NCBI RefSeq assembly: GCF_001194135.2
Contig: NC_068981.1
Coordinates: forward strand, 167,229,234-167,293,233
Source: Octopus bimaculoides
Lineage: Eukaryota
Length of the DNA: 64,000 nucleotides
Direction of reading: 5' to 3'
Part shown: one piece after another, positions 1 through 12,707 of the stretch
Layout: every line of letters starts with the position of its first letter
Numbering within the stretch: the first letter of the stretch is position 1
Position numbers and translations under genes: made by a program
Notes under the pieces: model-generated
The model's database searches: none
Told to the model about the DNA's origin: nothing
Seen by the model: the letters and a program-made list of their open reading frames with translations, nothing else

Positions 1-570
1 CATCATCTGTGGTGGTCTTGGACAATGGTGCGTGTGGCGTTGACTCTGTACCCTCTGCATCCACGTTAACTGTTGTACCATTTTCTGGGCCACGCTTAAA
101 AAAGCTTGCTGCTCGGCTACTGCAGTTCGTACAGCTTCTGCATATCGCCTTTTTTTGGGAGCAGAAGGAATATACGGACTTCTCTCTTTGTGAGTCCTGT
201 TGGTATTTGGTGGATTATGTGTACGTAGATTTAAGCTTTCTGGTCTCCCTTTTCTGCGCTCCCGCTTATTTTGTTGTAAGTGGTTATCAACCTTGTTTAG
301 CTGGTTGTGTTTGGGATGGGCAAATTTGCAGTTTCGTCCCTTTTCCCCGTGCCAGCAGGTACCATTTAGGTAGAATTTACAGATCTGTTTCTTTTTCTTT
401 TTATCTGTGTGACGTGTTTGGGCTTGAAGCCTGTTTGTGTTTACCGTCTTCTTGTCTGTTCTCCTGTCTTTGTCGTTTGTGGTGTAGCGTTGACTGTATT
501 CACCATGGTCATTGCATCCCTCATCAGTGGCTACAGCACTGGTGGCATCTGTCTTGTCTTGGTGATATAT
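1..570 (-). CDS. Open frame with a CCCH zinc finger, probably LINE (CR1/L2-group) ORF1 C-terminal part; runs off the window start
   Basis: Manual minus-strand translation is stop-free from ~570 to base 1: ...HTDKKKKQICKFYLNGTCWHGEKGRNCKFAHPK...RRYAEAVRTAVAEQQAFLSVAQKMVQQLTWMQ. The C-x7-C-x8-C-x3-H motif is at 316-381. The 9..596 + ORF in the track is its antisense shadow. ORF1 assignment is inference. Confidence 0.6.
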   Translation of the reverse strand, partial: MYHQDKTDATSAVATDEGCNDHGEYSQRYTTNDKDRRTDKKTVNTNRLQAQTRHTDKKKKKQICKFYLNGTCWHGEKGRNCKFAHPKHNQLNKVDNHLQQNKRERRKGRPESLNLRTHNPPNTNRTHKERSPYIPSAPKKRRYAEAVRTAVAEQQAFLSVAQKMVQQLTWMQRVQSQRHTHHCPRPPQMM

Positions 571-655
571 ATATGTACATATATGTATATATATGAACAC
601 AATTGTCATGTGGTGAAGCAACTGTTGCTGATCCCTTAATTTTGTTTATACACAC

Positions 656-900
656 NNNNNNNNNNNNNNNNNNNNNNNNNNNNNNNNNNNNNNNNNNNNN
701 NNNNNNNNNNNNNNNNNNNNNNNNNNNNNNNNNNNNNNNNNNNNNNNNNNNNNNNNNNNNNNNNNNNNNNNNNNNNNNNNNNNNNNNNNNNNNNNNNNNN
801 NNNNNNNNNNNNNNNNNNNNNNNNNNNNNNNNNNNNNNNNNNNNNNNNNNNNNNNNNNNNNNNNNNNNNNNNNNNNNNNNNNNNNNNNNNNNNNNNNNNN
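656..900. other. Assembly gap (first of 12)
   Basis: N runs at 656-900, 7029-7569, 15094-15115, 29278-29472, 37665-38021, 40309-40404, 43947-44499, 46771-46892, 48806-48966, 51957-51982, 58270-58847, 61842-62498; most abut microsatellites. Confidence 0.98.
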
Positions 901-919
901 TATATATATATATATATAT

Positions 920-2200
920 CATCATCATCATTTAACCTCCGCTTTCCATGCTAGCATGGGTTGGAAGCTTTGACTGGGGACTGGCGAAGCGGATGACTAC
1001 ACCAGACTCCAATCTGATCTGGCAGAGTTTCTACAGCTGGATGCCCTTCCTAGCGCCAACCACTCCGAGAGTGTAGTGGGTGCTTTTTACGTGCCACCGG
1101 CACGAGGGCCAGTGCGGTGGTACTGGCAATGGCCACGCTCAGATGGTGTTTTTTATGTGCCACTTGCACAGGAGTCAGCCAGTGTTTTGTTCACATACAA
1201 CCGGCACAAGTGCCAGTAAAGCGAAGCTGGAAACGACCGCGCTCAAATGGTGCTTTTTACGTGCCACCGGCACGGGAGCGAGACCGCTGCTTTTGCAGTG
1301 ATTCCCCTCGGATGGTGCTGTTAGCGCTCTACCGGCACGGGTGCTAGTCATCGAATTTGGTTAAGTTTCGATCTCACTTGCCCCAACAGGTCTTCGCAAG
1401 CTGAGTTTAGTGTCTATTGAGGGAAGGTTGGCATGGGTGCCAGTGATCAAATTTGGTTCAATCTCGATTTCGATTTCGATTTCACGTGCCTCAACAGGTC
1501 TTCGCAAGCAGGAAAGGTACGCATAAGTGGGCTAACGACACCCCTGGTAAAAGCCACGGGTTATGGTCTCACTTGTCTTGCCGGGTCTTCTCACGCACAG
1601 CATATTTCCACAGATCTCGGTCACTAGTCATTGCCTCGGTGAGGCCTAATGTTCGATGGTCGTGCTTCACCACCTAATCCCAGGTCTTCCTGGGTCAACC
1701 TCTTCCACAGGTACCCTCAACTGCTAGGCTGTGAAACTTTTTCACACAGCTATCCTCATCCATTCTCGCCAAGTGACTATACCAGCGCAATCGTCTCTCT
1801 TGCACACCACAACTGATGCTTCTTAGGTCCATCTTTTCTCTTAAGGTACTTACACTCTGTCGAGTATGCACACTGACATTACACATCCATCGGAGCATAT
1901 TGGCTTCATTCCTTACGAGCTTACGCATGTCCTCAGCAGTCACGGCCCATGTTTCACTGCCATGTAGCATGGCTGTTCGTACACATGCGTCATACAATCT
2001 GCCTTTTACTCTGAGCGAGAGGCCCTTTGTCACCAGCAAAGGTAAGAGCTCCCTGAACTTTGCCCAGGCTATTCTTATTCTAGCAGCTACACTTTCAGCG
2101 CACCTTCCCCCGCTACTGACTTGGTCACCTAGGTAACGGAAGCTATCAACTACTTCCAGTTTTTCTCCCTGGAATATAGCAGAAGTTGTTCTCTGTACAT
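920..2200 (-). mobile_element. RTE-clade LINE, 5'-truncated: ORF2 C-terminus, 3' UTR and (ATG)n tail
   Basis: Minus frame gives VDSFRYLGDQVSSGG...ARIRIAWAKFRELLP, then ORF 1695-2039 KGRLYDACVRTAMLHGSETW...RRLRWYSHLARM, typical of the RTE ORF2 end. Tail is seen as (ATC)n at 920-931 on +. Confidence 0.9.
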
Positions 2201-3022
2201 ATTCAGTGTTGGTGGACCCCTACCTCTACCCGGAATTCTTCACTGTACTCAATGCCAACCCTCATGCATACTGCATAACATGTATGTTTTCTATCTATTT
2301 GTCTATCATTTTTGTTGTTGCTAGAAATTAGTCCCTGTACCAAATTTCGATTGTCATCCCCCGGAAATCAAGATTTATACATGAATTTTATAATTACACA
2401 CGAAATGATATATTATATATAGAAAGGTTTTTGTTCAAAATTGCGTTACTAGAAAACATATTTACTGTTGAATTTCTTTCGCCATATCAATAATGTTTAT
2501 TGCAGTTGTTATTTTTGACTTCGGAAAATAACAAATATTTAGAGACTCTTTCGCTGTTCCATTGGTTAATCCTAATCCATGTTTTGACTCTGTTAACACA
2601 AAAACGTATATAATTCTTTGTTGGTATCAATAGGTCAAACATCAATAAATCACAACATTTTTAGAGTGTTGGACTCCATCCAATATTCAATATGTGCAGT
2701 CGTGAGAATGTCAAGGATTGCTATCCAAAACTTTGCTGAGTTAATATTGATTTCGTTGGTTTAGAGAGAAGGTTATTTTTTTAAAAATAAGAGTAGGGTT
2801 TTTAGTCACTTCAATCGACTCTAGTATAAATATTATTTAAATGTCGATAAGCTGAAAAGTAACATTAACCCCAGATGAATTTGATCTCGAAAGAAGATTG
2901 AGTGATGAAAAGGAATATTATAAGCAATGTACCTGACATACTACAGAAACGGCAATCCACTCTTCGATTTAATAGTTTTCAAAGAATATTGGCAAACATT
3001 TTCTTAAAGCAACCTTTTCTTT

Positions 3023-3095
3023 ATGTATGTATGTATGTATGTATGTATGTATGTATGTATGTATGTATGTATGTGTGTGTGTGTGTGTGTGTGTA
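3023..3095. repeat. (TATG)n(TG)n microsatellite, representative of dozens in the window
   Basis: Direct reading. Other long tracts include (TATG)n ~12190-12268, (TG)n ~15500-15620, (CA)n(CT)n ~20966-21070, (TA)n ~26035-26130, (CA)n ~31020-31133, (AAT)n ~39046-39113, (TATC)n ~48713-48785, (GA)n ~54563-54675, (TTC)n ~55467-55550. Confidence 0.95.
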
Positions 3096-3788
3096 TTCAA
3101 GTCTTTCTTTCGCTGCTCTATGGGTAACTTCCTGACTGTTTTTCAAAGGAAATTTGATTATAGATAACATAAAATAGGCAAATAACTTTCTTTAAAACTT
3201 CATACTAGAAATTATGGATATGAAAATAACGCTCGACTTATACGCAGTAGTCAAAGTTAAACTATTTATACTGAGAAAAAAGAAAAATGCGAAGAAATAA
3301 TTATGTAATATAAAAAAAAGACGATATTAGTGAAGTAGATGAAGTTGATGTTTCGCTGATAAGGTTATAACAATATCAAAGCATACCCAGAATTATATCC
3401 CCTCCTTACTAAACCAAAATAACAGTAGTCTTTGACTAACATTCTTTTTTCTGCAAAGCATAATTTTTACGAGTTAAATAGATTTTTTTTCATAGTATTT
3501 GTAGTGATTATGTTAACATTAACCTACTAATACTAACGATGTCTGAATCTCGCTTGAGTAAAATATCAAATGCCTTTTCATCTAAACTATTTTCTTTATC
3601 ATTTTTTAAATTATATAATGCTTTTATAATAAAAGCATGACATATATTACGGTTATGTATAACTTTCGCTCTTATATCTTCATTTTAAAACCAATAGAAT
3701 ATGCAAATTTCCTTTGTTTTAAAATCCATTTACTTTACCGTTCTCTCTTTTTCGATCCACAGTTTCGTTTAATCACATATATATATAT

Positions 3789-4720
3789 ATGTATCAGAAG
3801 CATGCAGAGTCTTTGCTTGACTTCACTGACGCACTCTTTATGGAGCAGATGGTACATCACCCCACAAAGGGAAAGAATATGCTGGACCTATGTTTCACAA
3901 ACGGCTCAGCACTCATACATGACGTGAAAGTGACACCGACTCTTTTTTCGGACCATAATTTAATAGAGCTAGTGATGTATGGACCACAAAAGACCACGGA
4001 CATACGAAATACTAGAAACGCTCATCTCATCTCTAGTCTGAATTTCCACAAAGCTGACTGGAAGGGCATTGAGAAAGAGGTCCTGAAATGTAACTGGTCC
4101 ACCATCCTCTCGAGGGAAAACATCGACATGAAACTACAGAACTTCTTGGCAACCATATATGACATCTACAGTAAGTTTACCCCAAAGGGAGCACCAAATC
4201 AACGGGCGAAGAAATATATAATACCCAGGGATAGGAGGGTACTAATGAGACTAAGAGCAAAAATCTCAAACCGTCTAAATGGACATCTAAAAGATTTCAA
4301 ACCAATCCACCACGAATGCACTTTGCTTGAGATTGAACACGCACTCAAACTTTCCCATGAAAAGGAAAGGGCAGAAAAGGAAGCCTGGGCTGTCAAAAAC
4401 ATTAAAGCGGACCCTAAGGCCGTCTATAGATATGCGAAAGAATCTGCTTCAGTGCGTTACAAAATAGGACCGCTACTAGATGAAAATGGCTCACCAACAG
4501 TGGACCCCCAGAGGATCAGTGAATTACTGAATACACAATACAAGAGTGCTTTCAGTATACCGCTGGGGAAGCTACGAATGAATGTGCCGGATGGGTTCTT
4601 TGACCCCGAATACACACATTGTGAAATGGCAACTATTGATAACATCAACATAGAGGAAACTGATGTGATATCGGCCATTGAAGAGCTGAGCTCGAATTGG
4701 GCAACGGGCCCTGATGGATT
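3789..4720 (+). mobile_element. CR1/L2-group LINE ORF2 fragment (end of APE endonuclease, linker, start of RT region)
   Basis: 319-aa ORF with PTKGKNMLDLCFTN and TLFSDHNLIEL (APE C-terminal motifs), LNFHKADW, and ATGPDGF just before the junction with an unrelated repeat. Confidence 0.85.
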
Positions 4721-4948
4721 CCTGTCGACCTTGACACATTTCCTGTAATCAGTGAATGTGCTTCACTAGAAATATAATTGTTTGTAAGAGCTTGACAGGC
4801 ATCTTCAGCCAGCTAGTCATGCTACTTCAGGCTGATGACGAGCAAAAACTCAGAAACATGTCCCTGAATGCAGGCTTGGCTGGGTGGAGGTGCTTGTCTC
4901 CCCCTTGTAAACATAAGAACACAAGAAATGTGTCAAGGCCGACAGGAA
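4719..4948. mobile_element. Penelope-like terminal remnant bounded by a 24-bp inverted repeat
   Basis: 4719-4742 TTCCTGTCGACCTTGACACATTTC is the reverse complement of 4925-4948 with 1 mismatch. It encloses a minimal hammerhead motif. Family assignment is inference. Confidence 0.45.
4826..4868 (+). ncRNA. Minimal type I hammerhead ribozyme motif with one stem II mismatch
   Basis: TTCAGG-CTGATGA-C.GAG-caaaaa-CTC.A-GAAA-CATG-TC-CCTGAA: perfect 6-bp stem I, intact core, palindromic ACATGT stem III, GUC cleavage triplet. Confidence 0.6.
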
Positions 4949-6137
4949 GCGGTCCAGCTTCCTAGGGCTAAATAGCAGTAGTATAATTCCCTTATTGGGA
5001 CTGTCATATTAAGTTGACAGTATACAACTACTTTATCGTAACACTGCTGCTTAAGTCTCTCTGTGAGATTTAGAAATGGATCATTTCTAATTTTTGTAAT
5101 CAGAGAATATGTATATATATATATTAAACAGATTTTGTTTTGGTCGTTATGTCCTACTTTATCCCGCTTTTACGTTTAAAGTGATATCTTCAAACAGTAA
5201 CTTGAGTTTTTCTTCTGCATTCAATGATACTAGAATGTTCTCTCTGTGTAGACCTCCGACAGTTTTGGCGCATTTGATGTATGCAGAACTAGTAAAAAAT
5301 ACCTATTTGACTGTCGCTGTACTTAGGTATTCCACTTTCTGTATTATATTACATATTTTTATCATGAGTCAACAAAAACGAATGAGTATTCCGTTTTTAA
5401 ACGAGTTTATAATAATTTCTCTTCTCATATACGGCTTCTAAAACTTGAGAGAAAAGCATGAAAGTTACAAAATCTCAATATCCTTGCTTTAGATATTTAT
5501 CACCTTGTGCCTAAGTAGCTAAATCAATATTCAAAACATGTACGTTAAATAGGTCAAAACAAAACAAAATATAAAGTTTAATATTTTCAAGTTACGAATA
5601 AGTCATCATTAAGTAGTCCACTGAGAATATTGAGAAGGCTCCTGGACTAAATTAGATTATGGACAGCTTCCATTGGAATGTTTATGTTTTACTCTATTCA
5701 ACACAAAGGCTTCTAACTTTAATGGTTATTATAACACTATTAAGCTAATCAGTATTCGAAGATATTTCACAACTGGTAAACAATTTCGTTCATCTTCATT
5801 TATGCAGTCATCAATAAAATATTTTTTTCTAAACGTTTCGTCATGTTTCTTCATTAAGTTTATACACTTGTCAACCATTCTTGATGTTAGTATCGAGATG
5901 ATGGATGGCAAGTGCTGCAGAGTAGGAGGTAAGTTTATAATGAAAGGAACTTGTAACGTGTGTTTAATTCCATGTTGCAGCTACAACACTTTGCTTTTCT
6001 TCGCTGATACATTCGCGAAAGGAATGGGTGGGTTAGTTTCTCTTCGTCCTCCATCTGGAGTTCCTAAAATTCATTGACTATTCAAAGATAGTCTTGTCCC
6101 TGAAAGAGTCAACAAAGCCCGTTTGTAGCACCAGGGC

Positions 6138-6505
6138 GCAGTAAGAGAAAGTAAAACAGCTTCAGCTGGAAATCGACACTGAGTAAGCGACTTAATTCGA
6201 AACCTCGCAATTCGATACTGCCAATTGTTTCTTTTGAGAATATAAAGGAAGGACATTGAATACTTTGGCAGTCACATCCTGCTTAAGAGCATGGGCAGCA
6301 AAACTAAAAGGAAATGGATTCAATAATCGATCGAAGTCGAATTGTGGAATCGGATCGGTGGGGTCTTCTTTCTTTTCACCTTTCGCTTGTTTATATTGAT
6401 GAACACTGTAGAGTTGACAGTATAAAATTGAGAGAAGGTATCGAATTAAGTCGTTTACTCAGAGTCGATTTCCAGCTGAAGCTATTTTCTTTTCTTTACA
6501 CTGCT
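6138..6505. repeat. Imperfect foldback (inverted duplication)
   Basis: 6153-6200 versus reverse complement of 6441-6488: 45/48 identical; weaker similarity continues inward and outward. Confidence 0.75.
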
Positions 6506-6682
6506 AAAGGCATTTGGAAAACTTTAAGAATCACAATGTCTTAGAGACCTTATAGAGTGACGTAGGGTAATGTAATATAGCATAATTACGCAAAGCAATT
6601 TGTATTTATTCTAGGTCTTAGGTTCAAGCATTTGATTGTATTACGTTAAATCTCACCAAAACGAGATTGAGTGCTCTCATCA

Positions 6683-6995
6683 CTTTGTTGCGCTGTTTCA
6701 TCTGTCGTTTTACGTTGAATTCAAATCTCGCCAAAGTCACCTTTTTTCTTTCATCCTTTCAGGGTTCATAAAATAAAGTACCAGTCAAACACTGTAATTA
6801 ATGGCATTGACTAAAACCCATCCCTTACAATTGCTGGATTTGTACTTAAATTAGAAACTACAATGTAGTGGATTGGTAAAAACGTTAGACAAAAGTTCTG
6901 GGTTGAAATTCCGACGACCTTTACTTTTCCTTTCATCCCTTTAGGGTCGACAAAATAAAGTGCAAATCAAATATTGGCGTTTTTAGGGGGTTAGC
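6683..6995 (+). mobile_element. Two decayed copies of SINE family A
   Basis: Family A body motifs GAATTCAAATC..CTTTCATCCTTTCAGGG..ATAAAATAAAGTACCAG and TTTCATCCCTTTAGGGTCGACAAAATAAAG. Confidence 0.65.
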
Positions 6996-8851
6996 TTTGA
7001 GAGTTGCATTCCCTCGCGTTCGGTAAAANNNNNNNNNNNNNNNNNNNNNNNNNNNNNNNNNNNNNNNNNNNNNNNNNNNNNNNNNNNNNNNNNNNNNNNN
7101 NNNNNNNNNNNNNNNNNNNNNNNNNNNNNNNNNNNNNNNNNNNNNNNNNNNNNNNNNNNNNNNNNNNNNNNNNNNNNNNNNNNNNNNNNNNNNNNNNNNN
7201 NNNNNNNNNNNNNNNNNNNNNNNNNNNNNNNNNNNNNNNNNNNNNNNNNNNNNNNNNNNNNNNNNNNNNNNNNNNNNNNNNNNNNNNNNNNNNNNNNNNN
7301 NNNNNNNNNNNNNNNNNNNNNNNNNNNNNNNNNNNNNNNNNNNNNNNNNNNNNNNNNNNNNNNNNNNNNNNNNNNNNNNNNNNNNNNNNNNNNNNNNNNN
7401 NNNNNNNNNNNNNNNNNNNNNNNNNNNNNNNNNNNNNNNNNNNNNNNNNNNNNNNNNNNNNNNNNNNNNNNNNNNNNNNNNNNNNNNNNNNNNNNNNNNN
7501 NNNNNNNNNNNNNNNNNNNNNNNNNNNNNNNNNNNNNNNNNNNNNNNNNNNNNNNNNNNNNNNNNNNNNATATATATATATATAAGCATATATCTATATA
7601 TATTTATATATGTATATATATAAGCATATATATATCTTTATATGTATATATATATATAGGATCGATTCAGTCGACATATACAATTGTAAATGAGTTTTGG
7701 CTTTATGTCATTGTAAGAAATCGTTAATTACTCTTACGTAATTCATCGGATGAAACTGTTTTGAAATACTACTTTTATAGTTTTTTTTTGCTTTAGCTTT
7801 ACTGTATTATTTACAATTTTATTTAGAATTAATTAACGATAAATTGAAACACTAAAAGAATGTACCATGAAATAAATCAATAATGGACTATAATAGAATT
7901 AAGTGAAATAGTTTTTCACTGTTGTTTTGATTTATAAAAATCTGGGTACTTTTCTTACAACCTCGCAATTTACGTAATTTAATAAATTCAAAAATTTCAT
8001 TCATCAAGCTATTTCTTATCTAATAAAAACAGTATCGCTGTTTCTTATTAAGCATCACTATCATCTTCCGTCCAATACAATATATCTAATCACATGAAAA
8101 TTAGGTGGCTCTGTTTTCATCTAGGCTGTTTGCTTGATAGATTGCTAGAATGTCTGCTCTTCTCTGTCAGAAATAACGAAAACCAGGAAACTTGATTATT
8201 TTTATGATTGATTACTGAAGAGAATTAAATAAACTTGTTTGTTTTGTTTCTCGAAATAAATTTTGCATTTTAGGAAGTTGTTGTTGAAGCCCAGATGAAT
8301 GCTGATTCAGCATTCCTTCGATCGAGGTTATTCCATTTATGACCGTACCATCTTTATATCCCGTCAGTTTTATATAGGGGTACCATGTTCAAATGTGATC
8401 CTTCCTTAAAACCGTGACGTATCGTTTCAGCAAGATTTCGTTGCTATTTCTGGTAGATCAAACGACTTCTTGGCGTCTTTTTTGTCAACCTTAACTTAGG
8501 ATGCTAAACATTGTCACTTGATACTAACACACGGACGTAGCGGGGAACTTAAAAAAATTTTTAAGATCAATCATGTGACTATTCTCTACCAATCAAACCC
8601 TATTCAAAACATTAATTTGAGACAGGAACTCCCTATAAAAATAGGGCAAACTTCAAACACTAGTCAGAAGCAAAACAGCTGCATCATAAGGTACGTCTTT
8701 CTATTTCAAACTTTTGAAAATCTGTGTAAACTGTGGAACCGGTTAAATCTTTAAATATAATGGTAACAAATATTTTAACACTATTCTCAGTGCATTTTCA
8801 ACTTCTATATTTCCTATATTTCTACCCGTGTAGAATAAAATAACTTTGTTT

Positions 8852-8888
<37 letters not shown>

Positions 8889-8905
8889 CTATATATGAGT
8901 ATATA

Positions 8906-9040
8906 TGTATGTCTCTATGTATAAACATATGTATGTGTATGTATTTCAGCCATGCGGCTGCCGTCATGCTGAAGCACCGCCGTGACTTTGTACCCTTTCC
9001 ACAGCCCTCTTATGCGATTGATTTGTTTTATATGATTGAT
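8906..9040 (+). repeat. 135-bp segment duplicated in inverted orientation at 14571-14705
   Basis: Direct comparison: 7 mismatches in 135 bp. Confidence 0.9.
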
Positions 9041-11780
9041 TTGTTTTTATATGTAATGATTGACGCTGATTATGCATAACATTAACAAGATATTTACAGC
9101 CCTCACTTATAAAAGCATGTTAGCTGAACCATGAAGAAAGTACTCGATCAACTTCAGTGGGAAATTTATGTTGGTCAATAGATTTATTTAACAAAGGACA
9201 CGAATATCTATTCAAAACTGCCGGCTGTAGACTGACCTGTAACTTTTTTGTTATAGATTGCCACAATGCATTGCATGGATAGCTTACTTATAGGTAACAC
9301 TGATTCCTTTATTTGCCCCCAGAGCACCCAATTTATAAATCGTTAATGATAAGAAAACATAGATGATTATAAAATAACAAGGCAAAAAATAAACGAAAAC
9401 ACCGATCATTTTTTTACTCTCGTACAATAAAGATTTGAATATGCGCACACTAATGGAAATAAAAATACAAAAATAAACATACAAGTAAACAAATAAAATA
9501 AACTATACATATACACTATCAAACAGGCGTGTTCATTCATATGCTTTCCTTCACATATGTGTATACTTTTAGAGGAGTCGCATACAGTCATGTGCAAGGT
9601 ATGTATTTATGTGTGCATGTATATCCACATTGTGTTATAAACATATGCATAAGTATACACTGTTTCACACCAATATATAAAGGTAATGCGTGAGATATTG
9701 ATACATGCGCACGCATATACAATTACAAACGCGCGCACACTCACATCCACACGCATAGGCACATAAACATATCAAAGTACTCTTCAAGAGACAAAAACAC
9801 ACTCAGTAATATTGTGGACATACTTGTACCAACGTGAAAAACAATCAATATTGAGGACACACAATATAGTAATAAGCCTTAATTTTTCATTGTTGTCCTT
9901 AGATAATGAAGAGTGTCAGACACACCCTTGTTTCAATAGCTGTTGAAAAACCCTGAAATAATATTAATACAGAAATAACATTATCTTCGCTAAACCATTC
10001 TTTGCAATGGAATTAATTCCCTCATTTTCAGCCTGAAGTGTTTTCTATTATGTGTCCGTAATGTATTGAAATGGCATTCAGCTGTGTTTAATAGGTTCCT
10101 TTTACACACTTTTTGTAGGCGACAATATTATCGATCACAGCTAATAAATTAAGAAACAAATGAAAATGAAAATAAAACAACAAAATAATACAATACAAAA
10201 CAATCTTCAGATATATTGTTGCAAGCTGCTAGCTTTACTTTCCACTGCAACATATTCTTCCATGACTATACTGTTTCAAGCTATAAAATAATAAAAACAT
10301 AAATTCTGGCTGTAAACTTCTCAGTTCTCTTTATATATTTGAATGTGTCATATGTTATATGGTCTATCGTGCGATAAAGTCGAATTGTGTAATGATAAGT
10401 TTTATCACATATCTTAGCCAAAATTTAATGAAAGTCCATTTAAAGCTTCTTCGTTATTTTCGTTCAGCGAAGTGGTGTGCAAGCCATTTAAGTAATTTCA
10501 TCTTGAAAACATTGCAAGTAATACATTCCACCTTTTTTTTATCAAGTAATATTTAAATATCGTTAGTACTGAATTTAATATTGAATATCTTGTTATTGAA
10601 GACATCGAAGAAAAAGATATTGAAGAGAGAAAGAGAGAAAAAATCCTATAGTTATGGTGAAAAAAAAAAAATTTTATTCTTGAGTTTATTACGTGTAAAT
10701 TAGTTGTAATGTTACGTTTTTGATTATAAAGCTGAATCTAAACATCGAAACATTGGATAGTTGGGGGTGTATTAAAGACAATAATCAATAAAATTAATTT
10801 CATTGGACAAAAGATCTACATTTGCTGTCAAGAGATCATAACAAAAATAGAAACAAAAAAGTTACTACCGATATCGTTACGAGACATACAGAAATATAGC
10901 ATTTTGTTCCATATTCAGTCGTATTAAGAGCAGGACAGTCAAATTTCCCGTGAGGAAAAACTATATCAGATATAAAGATTATAAAATATATTAATGTTGA
11001 TTGCTTTTGGATATGATGAAGGCGTAAATGTGGCCGCCTACCTAAGAGAGAAATAATTAGCTCATAGCTATTTATAATGCATAAACTAGAACAAAGCTAA
11101 ACTGGTCTGTCTAATTTGTATAACAGTCCATGCGCCGACAACGTGAATTAATAATGCACATGTATAGCGTTCTGTTTTGAATAATTTGAAATGTAAAGCA
11201 GTAACTTTTCGATGAAACTATAACTTAGCTTCCCTGTGAAATGGAAAATAAAGTGGTTATACAACAAACTTTGTCTTTTAGGAGCGAGAGAAAGTGATTA
11301 ATTTATGTAGTTTCTAGTCTTGTACCTTCATCAAAAAAAAAAAAAAAAAAGAATATCCAACGTCTGATTACTATTGTTAATAATATCTCTTATGTAGACG
11401 GGTTTTACTTCTCTGCTGAGGTTTTAACAAGAATAGAAAACAGTCAAATTGATGTCTTCTATATATGGATGAATAAAACGTATGTAACAACTTTGATTAC
11501 TTTTCATAGTGACGTTAAATTTTATATTTATTAAAAAAATTCATAACTTACCTTTCAAATCATCTAAAATATGTTGTACAAGGGACTACATATATTCATA
11601 CATACATATATACACACATTCACATGTATGCATATATGTAATCTTAAATTAAAAACCACAAATCTTGCAATTACAGCTACCCAGGGTTTCCTGGTCAAAA
11701 TAATACTTTATTCCGCCATTTATCAAGCTGAAAACAAGACCGTTTGTCAGTTGTCGTTCGAGCAGATTTGTATGTATGCA

Positions 11781-12177
11781 TCTCTCTTCTATTTTTTAAT
11801 TATCATAAATCTTCAACTGAAGAGGGAGCCAATTTCCAACAAAGATACTGGGCTCAATCCTTGGGATGTAGCTAACAGACAAATTCACATTTGGAACTTG
11901 AGAAAAGCCTTGCATATTTTTACTGTTCCACTCACAAACTGCACTTGCAATGTACAAATTAGCTGGTCGATTTCTCATTCTGAAAATCCTAGTTTATCCA
12001 GATTCTCCTTTAAGCATTTACTAACAAAACCTAGTGCTCCAATTCTTATTGGCATGAATATGAATTCATAGTCTGGATTCAGAAGCTGGAGGTTTCGAAG
12101 CAATTGTCCGTAGACATCCTCTTTTTCTTTAATTTTCAAAGAGATATTTATATCTGCAGGACAGCTGACCTCTATGA
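11781..12177 (-). mobile_element. RLE-type (R4/Dong-like) non-LTR retrotransposon 3' end
   Basis: Minus translation IEVSCPADINISLKIKEKEDVYGQLLRNLQLLNPDYEFIFMPIRIGALG...VSGTVKICKAFLKFQM*. Same family as 45669-46603. (TATG)n on both sides. Confidence 0.8.
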
Positions 12178-12707
12178 CGGTAATACTTGTATGTATGTAT
12201 GTATGTATGTATGTATGTATGTATGTATGTATGTATGTATGTATGTATGTATGTATGTATGTATGTGTGCCTCTTAATTCTACTGATAGCCATCGGCGAC
12301 TAAACAGGCATCTTTACCAAGCCTGCTTGGTAAGGAGAGTGGTTTTCATTGGATGACCTACAGGATGTAATAAAGCCCACCAAAGGACAGATGAATTCAG
12401 TAGATTAAACGGTTACCTAACAATCGAGAGCGAGGGACCCCTTGCCTTTGTTTAGACATTTCTCTCGGAGAAGGAAATTCTGAAATAACACACGCCTCAT
12501 TGCGAGACTGGAGGTCTTGATCGTTTCTGGACTACTTGACTTTGCATTGACTTTAAATTTCAGCACGGGCATTCGTTGTTTTTAACATCAAGGTTAAGAT
12601 AATTTGTCTGTGATAGTCATATTCATCTACGAGTTGACAGGCACTGTGCACGTGTGTATGAGTGTAAAGATCAATATGCAATATTTTGCTGCTTATTGGA
12701 CTATACA

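Noticed and set aside
9-596. 195-aa plus-strand ORF
   Set aside because: Cys/Phe/Val-rich antisense shadow of the minus-strand CCCH frame; no recognisable motif.
5673-6077. 134-aa ORF with a GAG|GTAAGT donor-like site near 5928
   Set aside because: No motif and only a weak upstream acceptor; an exon cannot be supported.
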